Positions 47,247-55,193 of a DNA stretch of 64,000 bases are shown here, one piece after another. The notes under the pieces are model-generated. The model saw only the letters and a list, made by a program, of their open reading frames with translations, searched no databases and was not told the origin of the DNA. Source of the DNA: Clostridia bacterium. GTDB taxonomy: Bacteria > Bacillota > Clostridia > UBA1381. The stretch spans positions 38,600 through 102,599 of the forward strand of contig JAZRPB010000025.1 in assembly GCA_045649025.1 (NCBI GenBank). Reading direction: 5' to 3'. Both the position numbers and the translations under genes were made by a program. Within the stretch, counting starts at the first letter, position 1. Each line of letters begins with the position of its first letter.

Positions 47247-47882
47247 TTATAAAAGCCAGGTTGGCAATGAATTGTTCTTCTTTTTCTCAATAGGCTTTTC
47301 AACCACTTCTTCCTTAACCTTTTCAACCTTTGGTTTTTGAACTTTAGGTGCCACACTTTTCTTTGGTGTTTCCTTTTTGGCAGTTGCTTTCTTTGGTGTG
47401 GCACTCTTTTTAGCTGTTGGTGCTTTTTTTGCGGCACTCTTTTTACCAGCTAATGAAGCGTAAAAATCTATCATTTCATACTTTCCGTCGCCATTAACAC
47501 TTGTGTAGCCATCTGCCTTTGTTAAAACAAGCAAATCCTCTATGAGCGATACACTGTTCTTTAAAGCATTATCACTTTCTATCGGTTCACTCTTAAATCT
47601 GTCTGCAAAAAGCTTTCCCTCTAAATTATTAAGCTTATTATAATATCTTGCATATTTAGTCATAAGCGGCTTTAAATCAAGACCTATGCCCTTTTCACTT
47701 TCTTTTACAGCCATACAAATTACATCAGGAGTAAGTGCAAAAGCATAAACCTCTTCTAAATACTCAACCATACCTTCCATAAAGAAATCATAGTCCTCGT
47801 CATTTTTAAATAACGGTGCAGTACCTTTAATTATTATATTATACATTCCTGTACTGCTTTTTTCTCTTGCCTTTCTTGCCAT
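47247..47882 (-). CDS. IS200/IS605-type Y1 transposase (RAYT)-like protein, catalytic motifs degenerate, with a Lys/Ala/Pro-rich C-terminal tail
   Basis: 211 aa. MARKAREKSSTGMYNII, NDEDYDFF and LFADRFKSEPIE match the family pattern as I recall it. The HUH position reads VIC (TPDVICMAVKE) and the Tyr region reads SLIEDLL. The tail reads KKSAAKKAPTAKKSATPKKATAKKETPKK. Confidence 0.7.
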   Translation of the reverse strand: MARKAREKSSTGMYNIIIKGTAPLFKNDEDYDFFMEGMVEYLEEVYAFALTPDVICMAVKESEKGIGLDLKPLMTKYARYYNKLNNLEGKLFADRFKSEPIESDNALKNSVSLIEDLLVLTKADGYTSVNGDGKYEMIDFYASLAGKKSAAKKAPTAKKSATPKKATAKKETPKKSVAPKVQKPKVEKVKEEVVEKPIEKKKNNSLPTWLL

Positions 47883-48075
47883 TCTTTAACTCCTCCAACA
47901 TCATTAATATCAAATTCATTTTTATGTCCCTTTTTATATTAGGGACATAAAATATTATATCATATTTTATTTTAATATTCAAAAACATTTTCATTACATT
48001 TTAAATACAAAAAGTAATAATAGAATTTTAAAATGAATAATTATCTATAAAACAATCATAAAAAGGAGAAATGTA

Positions 48076-50625
48076 ATGAAACACTACCATAACGTCAGTA
48101 TTGAACAGGTTATACAGGCACTAAAAACAGATATAAAAAGCGGTCTCACCTCAAATGAAGCAAAGAAAAGATTAGAACGAAACGGTACTAACACCATAAG
48201 CGAAAAGAAAAGGAAATCTATAATTATTAGATTTATTTCTCAATTTAACGACTTTATGATTTTATTGCTAATTGGTGCGGCAATAATTTCATATATAACA
48301 TCAATTATAAGCAAAAATCCTGATATTGTTGAGCCTGCAATAATACTTGCAATTGTTACAATAAACGCAATTTTAGGTGTTACACAGGAAAGCAGAGCAC
48401 AAAAAAGCATAGATGCACTAAAAAAGCTATCTGCTCCCAAAACTCGTGTTATACGCAACGGCAAAGAAATCACAATAGACAGCTCTCAAATTGTATGCGG
48501 TGATATTTTAATTTTTAACACAGGTGACATTGTGTGTGCCGATTGCAGACTTATTGAAAGTAATTCTCTACTTTTGGGCGAAGCATCACTTACAGGCGAG
48601 GCCGCACCACGCTCAAAAAATGCAGACAAGGTATTGCCTGAATTTACACCGCTTGGCGACAGAGTAAATATGGTATTTTCATCAACAGGTGTGGTTGGAG
48701 GTAACGGCAAAGGAATTGTTGTAAAAACAGGTATGGCAACCGAGGTTGGCGAAATTGCCTCTATGCTTCTTACCGAGGATACGCCTCAAACACCGTTGCA
48801 AAAAAAGCTCAATAACACAGGCAAGGTGCTTGGCACCTCGGCACTCTTAATTTGTGTTGTGATTTTTATTATAGGCATATTCAGCCATTTAGACCCACTT
48901 GATATGTTTATGACCTCTGTTTCGCTTGCAGTTGCCGCAATCCCCGAGGGACTTCCTGCAATTGTTACAATAATGCTTGCAATTGGTGTTGTTAAAATGT
49001 CGGGTAAAAATGCAATTGTAAGAACACTGCCATCGGTTGAAACACTTGGCTCTGCTTCTGTAATATGCACCGACAAGACAGGAACATTAACAAAGAACGA
49101 AATGAAGGTGACAACACATTATAGTGACGATACTCAAACACTTTTAAATTTATGTGCATTGTGCTCAAGCAAAAATACAAATCCAACAGATATGGCAATT
49201 TATAGCTGGGCAAGTGAAAATATAAAAGATATAGATACACACATTAGAAAGCATAAAATAATAAAGGAAATTCCATTTTCGTCGGATAGTAAGAAAATGA
49301 GTGTTTTATGCTCGTATTCAGGCAAAAACAAGGTTATAACAAAGGGTGCAGTTGAGTATATTTTACCTCAATGTACAAGTATTTTAAAGGGCAAAAAAGC
49401 AATACCTCTGTCACCGCAGGAGAGGAAAACCATATTAAACCGAAACGAGAATATGACCTCTAATGCATTGCGTGTTATTGCAGTTTCATATTGCGACACA
49501 GCATCAAGCGAAATTAAAGAAGAAAATATGGTGTTTGTTGGGCTAATAGGCATTGAGGATCCACCCCGCGCTGAAGCAAGAAATGCAGTTTTAAAATGTA
49601 AAAATGCAGGGATTATTCCCGTTATGATAACGGGCGATAATGTTGGTACGGCTGTATCTATTGCCAAAAAGACAGGTATTTTGGATAATGAGAAGGTTAT
49701 GGTTGGAGGCGAAATTGATAAGCTTTCAGATGACGAGCTAAAAAAATGTGTGCGTGAATACAGAGTTTTTGCACGGGTTAGTCCAACGCACAAGGTACGC
49801 ATAGTGAAGGCTTGGCAGAGTAACGGTGCAGTTGTTGCAATGACAGGCGACGGCGTGAACGATGCCCCTGCCCTCTCTAACGCTGATATTGGTTGCTCTA
49901 TGGGTAAAAGCGGAACAGAGGTTGCTAAAAATGCTTCCGATATAATTCTTGCCGACGATAACTTTGCAACAATTGTTGGTGCAGTTGAGGTTGGCAGAAG
50001 TATTTTTGATAATATAAAAAAATCCGTTAAGTTTTTGCTTTCAAGCAACATTGGCGAAATTTTAACTGTGTTTTCAGGCATTGTGTTTGGTTATTCATCA
50101 CCGCTTAATGCAATATCGCTTTTGTGGGTAAACCTTGTTACCGACTCGCTCCCTGCAATTGCGTTAGGTTTGGATCCCGACGATGACAATATAATGAACA
50201 GACCCCCAAACAATGCAAAAAACAGCCTCTTTTCTGTGTCGATGTGGCGTGATATAATTCTTCAGGGGCTTATGATTGGTGCACTTTCGCTTCTTGCATT
50301 TTCAATCGGCACTAATGTGTTTGGTAATATTCTTGTTGGCAGAACAATGGCGTTTGCCGTTCTTTCAATTTCACAGCTTGTACACGCATTTAATATGCGT
50401 AGCGAGACTTCCGTTATTAAAGCGGGATTATTTAAAAACAAATACCTTATACTGTCGTTTCTTGTTGGTGTAATATTAGAGGTTAGTGTTATATCAATAG
50501 AGCCTGTTGCACGTATTTTTGATATAACTCCCTTATCACCTATACAATGGGTTATTACTGCAATGTTATCTATTATACCGTTATTTATTGTTGAAACAGG
50601 TAAAATATTAGAAAAAAAGGATTGA
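48076..50625 (+). CDS. P-type Ca2+-transporting ATPase (P2A, YloB/SERCA-like)
   Basis: 849 aa. Motifs TGE, CTDKTGTLTKN, MITGDN and GDGVNDAPAL, with 10 predicted TM segments. Confidence 0.95.
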   Translation: MKHYHNVSIEQVIQALKTDIKSGLTSNEAKKRLERNGTNTISEKKRKSIIIRFISQFNDFMILLLIGAAIISYITSIISKNPDIVEPAIILAIVTINAILGVTQESRAQKSIDALKKLSAPKTRVIRNGKEITIDSSQIVCGDILIFNTGDIVCADCRLIESNSLLLGEASLTGEAAPRSKNADKVLPEFTPLGDRVNMVFSSTGVVGGNGKGIVVKTGMATEVGEIASMLLTEDTPQTPLQKKLNNTGKVLGTSALLICVVIFIIGIFSHLDPLDMFMTSVSLAVAAIPEGLPAIVTIMLAIGVVKMSGKNAIVRTLPSVETLGSASVICTDKTGTLTKNEMKVTTHYSDDTQTLLNLCALCSSKNTNPTDMAIYSWASENIKDIDTHIRKHKIIKEIPFSSDSKKMSVLCSYSGKNKVITKGAVEYILPQCTSILKGKKAIPLSPQERKTILNRNENMTSNALRVIAVSYCDTASSEIKEENMVFVGLIGIEDPPRAEARNAVLKCKNAGIIPVMITGDNVGTAVSIAKKTGILDNEKVMVGGEIDKLSDDELKKCVREYRVFARVSPTHKVRIVKAWQSNGAVVAMTGDGVNDAPALSNADIGCSMGKSGTEVAKNASDIILADDNFATIVGAVEVGRSIFDNIKKSVKFLLSSNIGEILTVFSGIVFGYSSPLNAISLLWVNLVTDSLPAIALGLDPDDDNIMNRPPNNAKNSLFSVSMWRDIILQGLMIGALSLLAFSIGTNVFGNILVGRTMAFAVLSISQLVHAFNMRSETSVIKAGLFKNKYLILSFLVGVILEVSVISIEPVARIFDITPLSPIQWVITAMLSIIPLFIVETGKILEKKD

Positions 50626-50650
50626 AAAAAGTGTTAAATTATGGTATAAT
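50622..50650 (+). promoter_or_regulatory. Promoter upstream of the EamA transporter leader
   Basis: TTGAAA (50622-50627, overlapping the ATPase stop), a 17-nt spacer, then TG-n-TATAAT (50645-50650). Confidence 0.55.
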
Positions 50651-50786
50651 AATCACAAAATATGTTACCAAAGCCGCTCTGTCGGCTTTGTAATTGATGT
50701 GATTATTGTACCGGTGTGAAGCAAAGTCTACACGACTTTGCACTTATGGTATAATCACCATAATTTATAGATTAGGATGATTACAT

Positions 50787-51656
50787 ATGAAAAAAGAATA
50801 TACAAAGCACATACTATCTTTACTGATGTTTGGCTTAAACGGTGTGGTTGCAAGCTCAATCAGTCTTTCAAGCTACGAAATAGTATTTTTCAGAACATTT
50901 TTGGGAAGTCTGTTTCTTGTTTGTGCATTCTTTATCACAAAACAAAAACTGACTTTCACAAAGCATAAAAAAGACCTTGTATTTATTATATTATCGGGAA
51001 TTGCGATGGGAGCAAGCTGGTGCTTTTTATACGAGACATATGCTCAAATAGGTGTTAGTCTTGGAGCACTTGCATATTATTGCGGACCTGTTATTGTAAT
51101 GATTTTATCGCCAATACTCTTCAAAGAAAAACTCACATTTGAAAAAATACTCGGATTTGTTGTTGTATTTACAGGCATACTTCTAATTAATGGCAAAGTG
51201 TCGGGAGAAAGTATGAATGTGTGGGGTATGTTTTGCGGAGTTATGAGTGCTCTTACATATGCTGTTCTGATTATGTTGAATAAAAAGTCAAAGAATGTAA
51301 CAGGAATTGAAAATTCAACCATACAGCTCATTGGTGCATTCTTTACCTTACTTGTATTTATAGGCTTTAAAACGGGCTATGATTTTAATATAATTCCATC
51401 GGATATTCCCGCAATATTGCTTATAGGACTTATAAACACAGGCTTTGCGTGTTATTTGTTCTTTTCGTCAATATCACGTTTGCCCATACAGTCCGTTGCA
51501 ATATTGGGATATTTAGAAGCATTATCAGCAATTTTCTTTGCCGCACTTATTCTTGGCGAGAAATTAACACCACCGCAGATTGTGGGTGCTGTATGTATTA
51601 TAGGCGGTGCAATGTTTAGTGAATGTTATAAATTTATTAAAAAAAATAAGCAGTAA
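50787..51656 (+). CDS. DMT-superfamily (EamA) transporter
   Basis: 289 aa, ten hydrophobic helices arranged as two EamA-like halves. Confidence 0.88.
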   Translation: MKKEYTKHILSLLMFGLNGVVASSISLSSYEIVFFRTFLGSLFLVCAFFITKQKLTFTKHKKDLVFIILSGIAMGASWCFLYETYAQIGVSLGALAYYCGPVIVMILSPILFKEKLTFEKILGFVVVFTGILLINGKVSGESMNVWGMFCGVMSALTYAVLIMLNKKSKNVTGIENSTIQLIGAFFTLLVFIGFKTGYDFNIIPSDIPAILLIGLINTGFACYLFFSSISRLPIQSVAILGYLEALSAIFFAALILGEKLTPPQIVGAVCIIGGAMFSECYKFIKKNKQ

Positions 51657-51677
51657 AACACTGCTTATTTTTTTAAT
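51644..51677. terminator. Bidirectional terminator between the EamA gene and a convergent small gene
   Basis: 11-bp stem AAATAAGCAGT / ACTGCTTATTT with loop AAAAC, then a T-run. Confidence 0.75.
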
Positions 51678-51939
51678 CTAAAAACTGACATATAAACACA
51701 AATCCAAGTGCGATGAGAAGTATTTTATCATCGCAGTCATCCAAAACTAATGCCAATATTACAATTAGTAATATAATATCATCTGTTTCTAAATTTGCAA
51801 GAAAACCATCGTTTTTTTCTTCTTTTTTCTTTATCGGTTTTTGGTGGTTTTCTTCTTTACATTCACTTTTTTGAGGTTTTTTTTCGTATGTGTGCATTAT
51901 TGGCTTTGGCATATCATTATAGCTGTAACTGCGATACAT
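51673..51939 (-). CDS. Small hypothetical protein with a charged N-terminal half and a hydrophobic, Asp-interrupted C-terminal half
   Basis: 88 aa. SD GGAGGGG. C-terminal DDIILLIVILALVLDDCDDKILLIALGFVF. Confidence 0.5.
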   Translation of the reverse strand: MYRSYSYNDMPKPIMHTYEKKPQKSECKEENHQKPIKKKEEKNDGFLANLETDDIILLIVILALVLDDCDDKILLIALGFVFICQFLD

Positions 51940-51961
51940 TCCCTACCCCTCCGTTAAATAA

Positions 51962-52267
51962 TTACTTAAACAGCACTGCAAGCTTTGCAAGATTTAAAAG
52001 CTTTATTGCTGAATCTATTGAGCCTTGTCTTTTTGCTCTCATATACGGCTTTAACGACAAAAGTAAATTCGCCCTTGGGTCTGAATTGCTATTTCCAAGA
52101 CGTGATATAATATCACGCATTTGCATTAATGATTCCATTGCTTCGCTATCACCCAACGAAGATTGTTGTGAGGGTGTTATACCCGATAACGACGACATTG
52201 CATTTTTTATTTTATCCTCTGCATCATCACCTAAAATGCCTTTTAGAGTTTCCATTGCGTCTGCCAC
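51962..52267 (-). CDS. Small hypothetical soluble protein
   Basis: 101 aa. GTG start 9 nt after AAGGGGGG. No motif that I recognise. Confidence 0.55.
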   Translation of the reverse strand: MADAMETLKGILGDDAEDKIKNAMSSLSGITPSQQSSLGDSEAMESLMQMRDIISRLGNSNSDPRANLLLSLKPYMRAKRQGSIDSAIKLLNLAKLAVLFK

Positions 52268-52286
52268 AGCTCAAATCCCCCCTTAT

Positions 52287-52517
52287 TTAAAGATTATTCA
52301 AAATCCTTAATATATCAGCTTGTGATAAGCCTTTGAGCTTACTGTTTACAGTCTTTGGGTCAAGCGATGACAGTTCCCTTATTAAACGCTCTTTATCTGT
52401 TTTACTTATTTTGTTTTTTATATTTACTCCCTGTTTGGAATTTAAAAACCTATTTATCTCTCTTAACTGATTTTGGTCGAGATTTTTCAACAGATTATTT
52501 ATATTCTGCATATCCAT
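52287..52517 (-). CDS. Small hypothetical protein
   Basis: 76 aa. SD GAGGTGG. Helical and Lys/Asn-rich. Confidence 0.5.
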   Translation of the reverse strand: MDMQNINNLLKNLDQNQLREINRFLNSKQGVNIKNKISKTDKERLIRELSSLDPKTVNSKLKGLSQADILRILNNL

Positions 52518-52572
52518 AATACCACCTCATATTACATAAATATTTAGATACACATTATTATATGCAAAAAAA

Positions 52573-53163
52573 TCATAAACTGTTACACATATCCTCCAAT
52601 TCCTCTATACTCACAAGACTGTTTAAAACCTCTAAAAGCATATTTGTTGACAACTTTGCGGGAAGCTCCATTTTTTTTAAAAGTGCATATCGTTTTTCCC
52701 TACTGCCAACTGCACCTGTTAGGGAAAGCCTCATTAAATCTGCTTTTGTTATATTCTTTTTTGCTTTTGGTGTGTGCTTTTTTCCATCTATCTCACAGCC
52801 TGCTTCCTTGAGTGCATTAATAATTGTATTTTCGTCAATACCCTCAACACCTAAAAGTCCCTCTTTGCTTGCCTCTCTTTTTCGTTTTTCCTTACCAATT
52901 ATATCGGGAATATACGCATGCTTTACATACAGAGGATTAATGTTTTGCTTTATAAAGCTTCGTATGCGAAAACCTGCACTGTCACTGTCGGTCAGTATTA
53001 CTATACCCATCTCCTCTGCAATGCGTTTTATGGTATTTTGCATATCCTTATTATTGTATATTGCGAAGCCATGCACAACAAGTATAACGCCATCTATAAA
53101 ATTTGAAAGCTTTATTTTATCGTGCACACCTTCAACAATTATACATTCCTTGATTTTATACAT
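52573..53163 (-). CDS. rnmV: Toprim-domain protein, ribonuclease M5 (RnmV)-like
   Basis: 196 aa. IIVEGVHDK at the N-terminus and ILTDSDSAGFRIR (the Toprim DxD region). Confidence 0.75.
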   Translation of the reverse strand: MYKIKECIIVEGVHDKIKLSNFIDGVILVVHGFAIYNNKDMQNTIKRIAEEMGIVILTDSDSAGFRIRSFIKQNINPLYVKHAYIPDIIGKEKRKREASKEGLLGVEGIDENTIINALKEAGCEIDGKKHTPKAKKNITKADLMRLSLTGAVGSREKRYALLKKMELPAKLSTNMLLEVLNSLVSIEELEDMCNSL

Positions 53164-53176
53164 ATTTCATCCTCAA

Positions 53177-54778
53177 TCACGGATTTAGTGTTTCTACCTT
53201 TAGTATTGCACCGTCGCCCGAATATTCCAAAGTTACATTATCACCCTCATTTAAAGTGATAACCTCCTCAATTTCAGATACATTGATTGCATAGTATTTA
53301 TCCGAGCCTTCAAGCAACAGGTAATATCTTGTGTTTCCGCCAACAACTGCACTCTTTATTTGCACAATTCTTCCGCTTACAGTGTTATTATCTGCCACAG
53401 GCTGTTCTGTTATATTATTTGATGAAAGAAGCTTTGTGTATGCCTTTTCGCACTCTGCAACCGTTGCACCTGTTGCAACAATCTGATATTGCTCAACATT
53501 AACCATTGCATACATTTTAACAAGCATTGCATTATCCTTTAGAGCCATAAAGTATGTGGGCTCGCCCGATACATTTAACAAAAGCGGAAATGTTGACCTG
53601 TATCCAAGATGCTGAACAACACCCTCGGCACTCGACATTGCCGAATTTTCCGTTGCACCTGCACACGAATAATATTTTGTTTCCTTTGTTCGTTGATTGG
53701 ATAGCAAAAATCCTACATTTGATTGGTCACGGCCTGTTGACGTTACACCTGTGTATAAATACACATCATCGTTCATTGCAATATAGTTATAGCCCGAGGT
53801 GGTTTGTGTAACACCCTTCTGACCAAAAATATAGTTCCAGAAACCATTTATATATGCACCATAGTAGTTATATTGCTCAACAATTAAATCTGCAGGGTAC
53901 AGTCTGTCTACCCACGTTGGAACCTCCTCGTAGTATTCACACTCACCCGTTATTGCATTAACCAGCACTCCGCCCTGAACGTCTACACCGCCAAAAAGTC
54001 CTACTCTTTTAACTATTCTGGGGCACACCCAATAGGGATTATCATTTTCGTCAATTTCAAAGGTGGGTTTACTGAACATAAAGGTTGGATAGTTGAAACG
54101 TAAATGACGGTATATATTTCTGTTAAAGTGTTCTGATGGCGAATATTTTATTCCCTCTTCTACTCTTACAACCTCTGCACTCTGATCTGCCATATCAACC
54201 ACAATATATGCTGGCAAGCCCTTTGAGGTATTTGTTATCCATTTAACAACATCGGCATATTCAAGCGTTGTTACTCTTACAGGCCTGCCGTGAAGATTAA
54301 TTTGTGTATAGTCGTCTGACACTTCAAACTGACTTACCATATCGGACAACTCACCAAGCTTTCTGTCGCCAAGACGTTCTGCACTGTCTTTATCGAGCAT
54401 TGGGATTTTATCGAATGAAATTTCATCTACCTCCTCGGCAAAATTACCGTTTTGCACACTTATAAGGTTCTTATAATCATTCGCACGAATAACCTCCCAC
54501 GAAAGTGCACCGCCTATAACTCCCACAAGCACAACTGCAGCTATTATTATAGCGGGTATTTTACATTGCTTAATTATTATTCTTATATATTCCTTAATTC
54601 CGTTTGATTGTTTTATTGTGCCTGTACTTAAAAGTGCAAGTGCCATATAAAGCACACACATTAATACAATAAATGTGTAAAAATCTGGTGATGAAAAATT
54701 AAGTGCAGGCAGTGATACATAGAAAAACAAAAACGCTGCCACCACGGTTATGAGTAAATTTCTTAATACCTTTTTCAT
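53177..54778 (-). CDS. Membrane-anchored protein with a large extracytoplasmic domain, hypothetical
   Basis: 533 aa. Three N-terminal hydrophobic helices, then a ~400-aa soluble region. Strong SD AAAGGAG. Confidence 0.6.
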   Translation of the reverse strand: MKKVLRNLLITVVAAFLFFYVSLPALNFSSPDFYTFIVLMCVLYMALALLSTGTIKQSNGIKEYIRIIIKQCKIPAIIIAAVVLVGVIGGALSWEVIRANDYKNLISVQNGNFAEEVDEISFDKIPMLDKDSAERLGDRKLGELSDMVSQFEVSDDYTQINLHGRPVRVTTLEYADVVKWITNTSKGLPAYIVVDMADQSAEVVRVEEGIKYSPSEHFNRNIYRHLRFNYPTFMFSKPTFEIDENDNPYWVCPRIVKRVGLFGGVDVQGGVLVNAITGECEYYEEVPTWVDRLYPADLIVEQYNYYGAYINGFWNYIFGQKGVTQTTSGYNYIAMNDDVYLYTGVTSTGRDQSNVGFLLSNQRTKETKYYSCAGATENSAMSSAEGVVQHLGYRSTFPLLLNVSGEPTYFMALKDNAMLVKMYAMVNVEQYQIVATGATVAECEKAYTKLLSSNNITEQPVADNNTVSGRIVQIKSAVVGGNTRYYLLLEGSDKYYAINVSEIEEVITLNEGDNVTLEYSGDGAILKVETLNP

Positions 54779-54790
54779 TTTTTCGCTCCT

Positions 54791-55171
54791 TTATTGATTA
54801 TTAATTTCATCTCTTGGTGTTGTTGGGTTCTCATTTAATGCCTGCAGCGTTTCTTCATCTTGTGCATCCTCGGGCATATAGGGTTCTTCCTCAACCGCAA
54901 CACCATTTTCAATTTGTTGCGTTAACTGTGCAATTTTTGCATTTAACTCATCAATTTGAATTTTTTGTTCCTCTATCTGTTGCTTTAGTTCGGTATTTTC
55001 TGCAATTGCCGCATTTATATTCTGACTTTCGGCACTGTTACTTCCTGAAATAATACCAACAATCGAAATTAATATAAAGCATACAACTAAAATTATGCCA
55101 AGTGTGGTTAGTAGTTTTTTTGTTTTTTTTCGTTGCTGATTAAATGTAAAATTACTGTTATAGGTGTTCAT
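54791..55171 (-). CDS. Single-pass membrane protein with a coiled coil (FtsB/DivIC-like architecture)
   Basis: 126 aa. TM helix LTTLGIILVVCFILISIVGII, then a heptad-like segment QIEEQKIQIDELNAKIAQLTQQIE. Confidence 0.5.
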   Translation of the reverse strand: MNTYNSNFTFNQQRKKTKKLLTTLGIILVVCFILISIVGIISGSNSAESQNINAAIAENTELKQQIEEQKIQIDELNAKIAQLTQQIENGVAVEEEPYMPEDAQDEETLQALNENPTTPRDEINNQ

Positions 55172-55193
55172 TTTAAATAATCACTCCCGTTCT

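Noticed and set aside
47883-48075. Hairpin TATGTCCC-N11-GGGACATA (47921-47947), considered as a possible terminal or REP structure flanking the transposase-like gene.
   Set aside because: It is a single copy with no GTAG lead-in and no matching inverted partner on the other side of the gene, where only an ordinary terminator sits at 47183-47211. It may be an operator in the divergent promoter region, but there is nothing to support a mobile-element end.
50669-50741. Guanidine-II (mini-ykkC)-like pair of hairpins upstream of the EamA transporter.
   Set aside because: The loops are CTCTGT and TACAC, not ACGR tetraloops. The stems lack the conserved GG/CC closing pattern.
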